Below are positions 16,748 through 20,004 of a stretch of DNA of 20,004 bases, piece by piece. Location: IMG/VR virus record IMGVR_UViG_2698536418_000005; one strand, 5' to 3'. Position 1 is the stretch's first letter; each line of letters opens with the position of its first letter. Source of the DNA: a virus (lineage: Duplodnaviria; Heunggongvirae; Uroviricota; Caudoviricetes). The notes below the pieces were generated by a model. That model made no database searches. It had not been told where the DNA came from and saw only the letters and a list, made by a program, of their open reading frames with translations. The position numbers were made by a program, and so were the translations under genes.

Positions 16748-16852
16748 GCTGCGAATAAGCACTGTGTATTCATTCCAACGAGTGAATACACGGAGCAATG
16801 TCGCTCGTAACTAAACAGGAGCCGACTTGTTCTGATTATTGGAAATCTTCTT

Positions 16853-16876
16853 TGCCCTCCAGTGCGAGGGCTTTTT
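16853..16876 (+). terminator. Rho-independent terminator downstream of accessory cassette
   Basis: GCCCTC-cagtgc-GAGGGC stem-loop followed by TTTTTTAT, about 105 nt after gene B stop and before cIII. Confidence 0.6.
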
Positions 16877-16943
16877 TATATGCATACCAATAACGCTTCA
16901 CTTGAGGCGTTTTCGTTATGCAATCAAACAGAAGGAGCATCCT

Positions 16944-17114
16944 ATGCAACAGTTCGCTATTGCAGGGGCGGCATCGGTTCGCCCTTTCAACCCGATTTTA
17001 TCGGTGCAGCATTCACGAAAAAATATTTTAACCGGAGCAGACTTTAAACAACCAAGAATGAAAAGTTTGCTCGAAAAGCTTTGGGATATTTTGAAACAAC
17101 AAGGCCGTCCATGA
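16944..17114 (+). CDS. cIII: CIII-like protein (FtsH inhibitor), lambda cIII-like
   Basis: 56 aa from internal Met of track ORF 16839..17114 (MQQFAIAGAASV...LLEKLWDILKQQGRP); resembles lambda CIII (MQYAIAGW...) as recalled; AGGAG RBS 7 nt upstream. Confidence 0.7.
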   Translation: MQQFAIAGAASVRPFNPILSVQHSRKNILTGADFKQPRMKSLLEKLWDILKQQGRP

Positions 17115-17269
17115 GTTTTACAGATAACTGGTCAGACGAAGAATTCATTCGTCAGATGAAAGAATTAATCGGTAACGAAGGAGATATTCATGTCACTTGC
17201 AACCACAGTGAAGGAGAGCAAGTTACAGAGACGCATGTACACGCAGAAAGCTCTCTGGTATCGCCATAA
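17111..17269 (+). CDS. Hypothetical small acidic protein (52 aa), kil/ea10 slot
   Basis: ATG overlapping cIII stop (ATGA): MSFTDNWSDEEFIRQMKELIGNEGDIHVTCNHSEGEQ...; no recognised motif. Confidence 0.4.
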   Translation: MSFTDNWSDEEFIRQMKELIGNEGDIHVTCNHSEGEQVTETHVHAESSLVSP

Positions 17270-17368
17270 TGGCGACCGCGAAGGAATGCGGGTATGCCTT
17301 AATTTGTCCCGAGTCGAAGTATTAAATCAGCGTTATTTCCTTGGGCCTTGTCCATTCTGAGGTGAATT

Positions 17369-18076
17369 ATGGATTTGAACAAATTCGATGAGCCATTCAG
17401 CCCTGAAGATATCGAATGGCGAATACAGCAAAGCGGTAAAACACGCGATGGCAAGGTGTGGGCTATGGTGCTGGCTTATGTCACGAACCGGGCAATCATG
17501 AAACGCCTGGACGATGTTTGCGGCAAAGCAGGATGGCGCAATGAATACCGCGATATTCCCAACAACGGCGGCGTTGAATGCGGCATATCAATAAAGATTG
17601 ATTCCGAATGGGTAACCAAATGGGATGCTGCTGAAAACACGCAGGTAGAAGCCGTCAAAGGTGGTCGTTCCGGTGCAATGAAGCGCGCTGCCGTTCAGTG
17701 GGGAATCGGTCGGTATCTGTATAACCTTGAGGAAGGTTTCGCACAAACATCTCTCGATAAAAAGCAGGGGTGGCACAGGGCAAAACTGAAGGATGGAACA
17801 GGATTTTACTGGCTCCCTCCATCGCTTCCGGGATGGGCAATCCCAGCATCAGATAACAAACCATCACCAGAAAATACCAACCAGAAATCTCCATCGGTTG
17901 ACTGCGAACAAATCCTGAAAGACTTCAGCGATTATGCGTCAACAGAAACTGACAAGAAAAAACTCATCGAGCGTTATCAGCGTGACTGGCAATTAATGGC
18001 TGGCAATGAGGATGCGCAGGCTAAATGCGTTCAGGTAATGAGCATCAGAGTTAACGAACTAAAACAGGCGGCATAA
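17369..18076 (+). CDS. Single-strand annealing recombinase (Rad52-family SSAP), Bet-analogous position
   Basis: 235 aa; GAGGTGA RBS; Rad52-like core with VQWGIGRYLYNL motif; directly followed by ssb. Confidence 0.65.
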   Translation: MDLNKFDEPFSPEDIEWRIQQSGKTRDGKVWAMVLAYVTNRAIMKRLDDVCGKAGWRNEYRDIPNNGGVECGISIKIDSEWVTKWDAAENTQVEAVKGGRSGAMKRAAVQWGIGRYLYNLEEGFAQTSLDKKQGWHRAKLKDGTGFYWLPPSLPGWAIPASDNKPSPENTNQKSPSVDCEQILKDFSDYASTETDKKKLIERYQRDWQLMAGNEDAQAKCVQVMSIRVNELKQAA

Positions 18077-18583
18077 ATGGCAAGCAGAGGCGTAAATAAG
18101 GTGATTATCCTTGGTCGGGTAGGACAAGACCCGGAAGTTCGATACTCACCATCAGGAACAGCGTTCGCTAACCTGACAATAGCCACGTCAGAACAATGGC
18201 GAGATAAAAATACTGGCGAGCAAAAGGAATTGACTGAATGGCATCGTGTTGCTGTATCCGGGAAACTGGCTGAGGTCGTGGGGCAGTATGTGAAAAAAGG
18301 TGATCAGATTTATTTCGAGGGAATGCTGAGAACCAGAAAGTGGAAAGACCAGTCAGGGCAAGACCGTTACACAACCGAGGTTCATGTCGGAATTAATGGC
18401 GTGATGCAGATGCTTGGCGGCATTGGCGACAGCAAACAACAAGCAGCCAGCAGGCAATCACAGAAGCCACAGCAGCAATCATCACCAGCACAACACAACG
18501 AACCTCCGATGGATTTTGACGACGATATACCCTTTGCACCAGTAACTCTCCCCTTCCCTCGTCACGCTATTCACGCAATTTAA
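18077..18583 (+). CDS. ssb: Single-stranded DNA-binding protein SSB with C-terminal extension
   Basis: 168 aa; N-terminal OB fold matches E. coli SSB as recalled ([18 protein letters not shown]...TEWHRV...GQDRYTTEV), Gln-rich linker, acidic DFDDDIPF motif, then 15 extra residues ([15 protein letters not shown]) before the stop. Confidence 0.9.
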   Translation: MASRGVNKVIILGRVGQDPEVRYSPSGTAFANLTIATSEQWRDKNTGEQKELTEWHRVAVSGKLAEVVGQYVKKGDQIYFEGMLRTRKWKDQSGQDRYTTEVHVGINGVMQMLGGIGDSKQQAASRQSQKPQQQSSPAQHNEPPMDFDDDIPFAPVTLPFPRHAIHAI

Positions 18584-18596
18584 TCAGGAGAAAATC

Positions 18597-18893
18597 ATGC
18601 CAGCGCCTCTGTATGGTGCGGACGACGCGCGCCGCTGTTCCGGCAATTCCGTATCGGAGGTGCTGGATAAATTCAGAAAAAACTACGACCTGATAATGTC
18701 GCTACCGCAGGAAACGAAAGAGGAAAAGGAATTTCGCCACTGTATATGGCTTGCAGAGAAAGAAGAACGCGAGCGAATTTACCAGACATCAATCCGACCA
18801 TTCCGCAAAGCCACATATACCCACTTCCCTGAATATATCGACCCGCGCCTGCGTAATTACCGCTCACGCTATGGCGCTATCAGTAATGACTGA
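18597..18893 (+). CDS. Hypothetical protein (98 aa)
   Basis: ATG with AGGAG RBS about 7 nt upstream; no recognised motif. Confidence 0.5.
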   Translation: MPAPLYGADDARRCSGNSVSEVLDKFRKNYDLIMSLPQETKEEKEFRHCIWLAEKEERERIYQTSIRPFRKATYTHFPEYIDPRLRNYRSRYGAISND

Positions 18894-18903
18894 GGAATTT
18901 ACC

Positions 18904-19071
18904 ATGAGAGGACTTGCATACAATCCCGGAATTCTTCCGGCAGAAATGATTATTCGCCAACGCGTAAAGCCAATGCCATCGATAGAGGAATTGCTTAAGA
19001 GAAATTCTTTTCCATCAGTGAATCAAAACAAATATCTGAATGCGATGTGGCGTAAAGGAGGCAAGCAGTGA
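18904..19071 (+). CDS. Hypothetical small protein (55 aa)
   Basis: Internal ATG of track ORF 18751..19071 with GAGG RBS about 8 nt upstream; the earlier part of the track ORF overlaps the preceding gene. Confidence 0.4.
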   Translation: MRGLAYNPGILPAEMIIRQRVKPMPSIEELLKRNSFPSVNQNKYLNAMWRKGGKQ

Positions 19072-19322
19072 GTAATTCCGCACGACTACAGCTTGGTTTT
19101 TCACCGCTATCAAAAACTATCATGCTGGCAAAAATGCGCGATGTTGAAGGTGGACGTATGCGCGTTGGCAATGATCCAGGTCGTGATGTTACCAATGAGG
19201 CTGCTCAATTGGTGTGGCGACTGGTCATGGCTGAAGGTGGTGAGATCGCGTGGGAGCTGGATGATGGTTCTCGCATGGTGTTGAAGGCAGAAAAGCAGGA
19301 GGCAACCAGTGAGCAAGATTGA
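19068..19322 (+). CDS. Hypothetical protein (84 aa, GTG start)
   Basis: Track ORF; start overlaps preceding stop, stop overlaps next gene start (operon packing). Confidence 0.45.
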   Translation: MSNSARLQLGFSPLSKTIMLAKMRDVEGGRMRVGNDPGRDVTNEAAQLVWRLVMAEGGEIAWELDDGSRMVLKAEKQEATSEQD

Positions 19323-19953
19323 TTATCAAAAGCTTCGTGAAATCGCTGAAAAAACAAAAATTGCCGGTGAAGCACCTGTAATGCCTTGCGATCAGCGAAT
19401 TAATGCGCTTAACGATTTTATGAAGCACTTTTCGCCAGATATCGCGCTGGCATTGTTGGATGAACGGGAAAGAAACCAGCAATACATCAAAAGCCGCGAT
19501 CAGGAGAACGAGGATATTGCGCTTACGGTTGGGAAGCTGCGCGTTGAGCTGGAAGGCAAAGACAGCAAAATAGCCAATCTTACCGCCGAACGCGATGCTC
19601 TTCGTGAAGGTGAGATGGGCGACGCTAGGCATAGCAACACACGGGCCGCAGCTGATATCTACTTCCAACTGGTCGAGGAGTGCGAAATTCCTGCTGGCGG
19701 TTCTCTGGTCGAGTACGTTGACGATATGCGCGAGAAGCTGGAAGCCGCAGAGAAGCGCATTGCAGAGTTAGAAAGTGGTTCTCAGGCACAAAAGTTAGTT
19801 GAAGCAATCATTGTTGCGATAGAAAACGAACAGGAAAGGCTTTTTGATGAAGATTACCTAATGGATTCGAAAGAATGCATTGACGTAATTCGTGAAGAAG
19901 TAAAGCGATGGAATGATTCCCGCGCCGCTGGCATTCGCATCAAAGGAGAGTGA
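19309..19953 (+). CDS. Ea22-like coiled-coil protein
   Basis: 214 aa, GTG start; heptad-rich coiled-coil segments (EKLEAAEKRIAELES...); resembles the ead/Ea22-like family common in lambdoid PL operons. Confidence 0.5.
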   Translation: MSKIDYQKLREIAEKTKIAGEAPVMPCDQRINALNDFMKHFSPDIALALLDERERNQQYIKSRDQENEDIALTVGKLRVELEGKDSKIANLTAERDALREGEMGDARHSNTRAAADIYFQLVEECEIPAGGSLVEYVDDMREKLEAAEKRIAELESGSQAQKLVEAIIVAIENEQERLFDEDYLMDSKECIDVIREEVKRWNDSRAAGIRIKGE

Positions 19954-19954
19954 T

Positions 19955-20004
19955 ATGGACGGACAAATATCAATCGTTCGACCAGGAGCATGTGACGATC
20001 GCGA
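19955..20004 (+). CDS. Start of an ORF running off the window (MDGQISIVRPGACDDR...)
   Basis: ATG 2 nt after Ea22-like stop; only 16 codons in window. Confidence 0.3.
   Translation, partial: MDGQISIVRPGACDDR

Overview
The window is a reverse-oriented segment of a lambda-like (lambdoid) prophage from an enterobacterial host, read here by eye against lambda sequences recalled from memory (no alignment was run). The minus strand carries the rightward lambda-type operon from high to low coordinates: cro-like repressor, nutR/tR1, cII, an extra 90-aa ORF, O-like initiator with internal iterons, DnaB-family helicase, a nin-type region (Lar-like, NinB, Dam-type methyltransferase, NinE, Rha/antirepressor, YbcO-like, RusA), Q, PR'/qut/6S/tR', S, R, Rz/Rz1, a KilA-N protein, then a non-lambda packaging module (small and large terminase, partial portal). 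The plus strand carries a cI repressor with a lambda-like C-terminal domain but a different DNA-binding domain, its terminator, PL, nutL, N, and PL-operon genes (cIII-like, Rad52-like annealing protein, SSB, Ea22-like). No rexAB, tRNA, CRISPR array or integrase is present. The best candidate for an undescribed system is an AT-rich two-gene cassette (156 aa and 108 aa, no recognisable motifs) between N and cIII, in the slot where lambda keeps ral/sieB/ea10. Motif coordinates located by eye may be off by 1-2 nt; CDS coordinates follow the ORF track.
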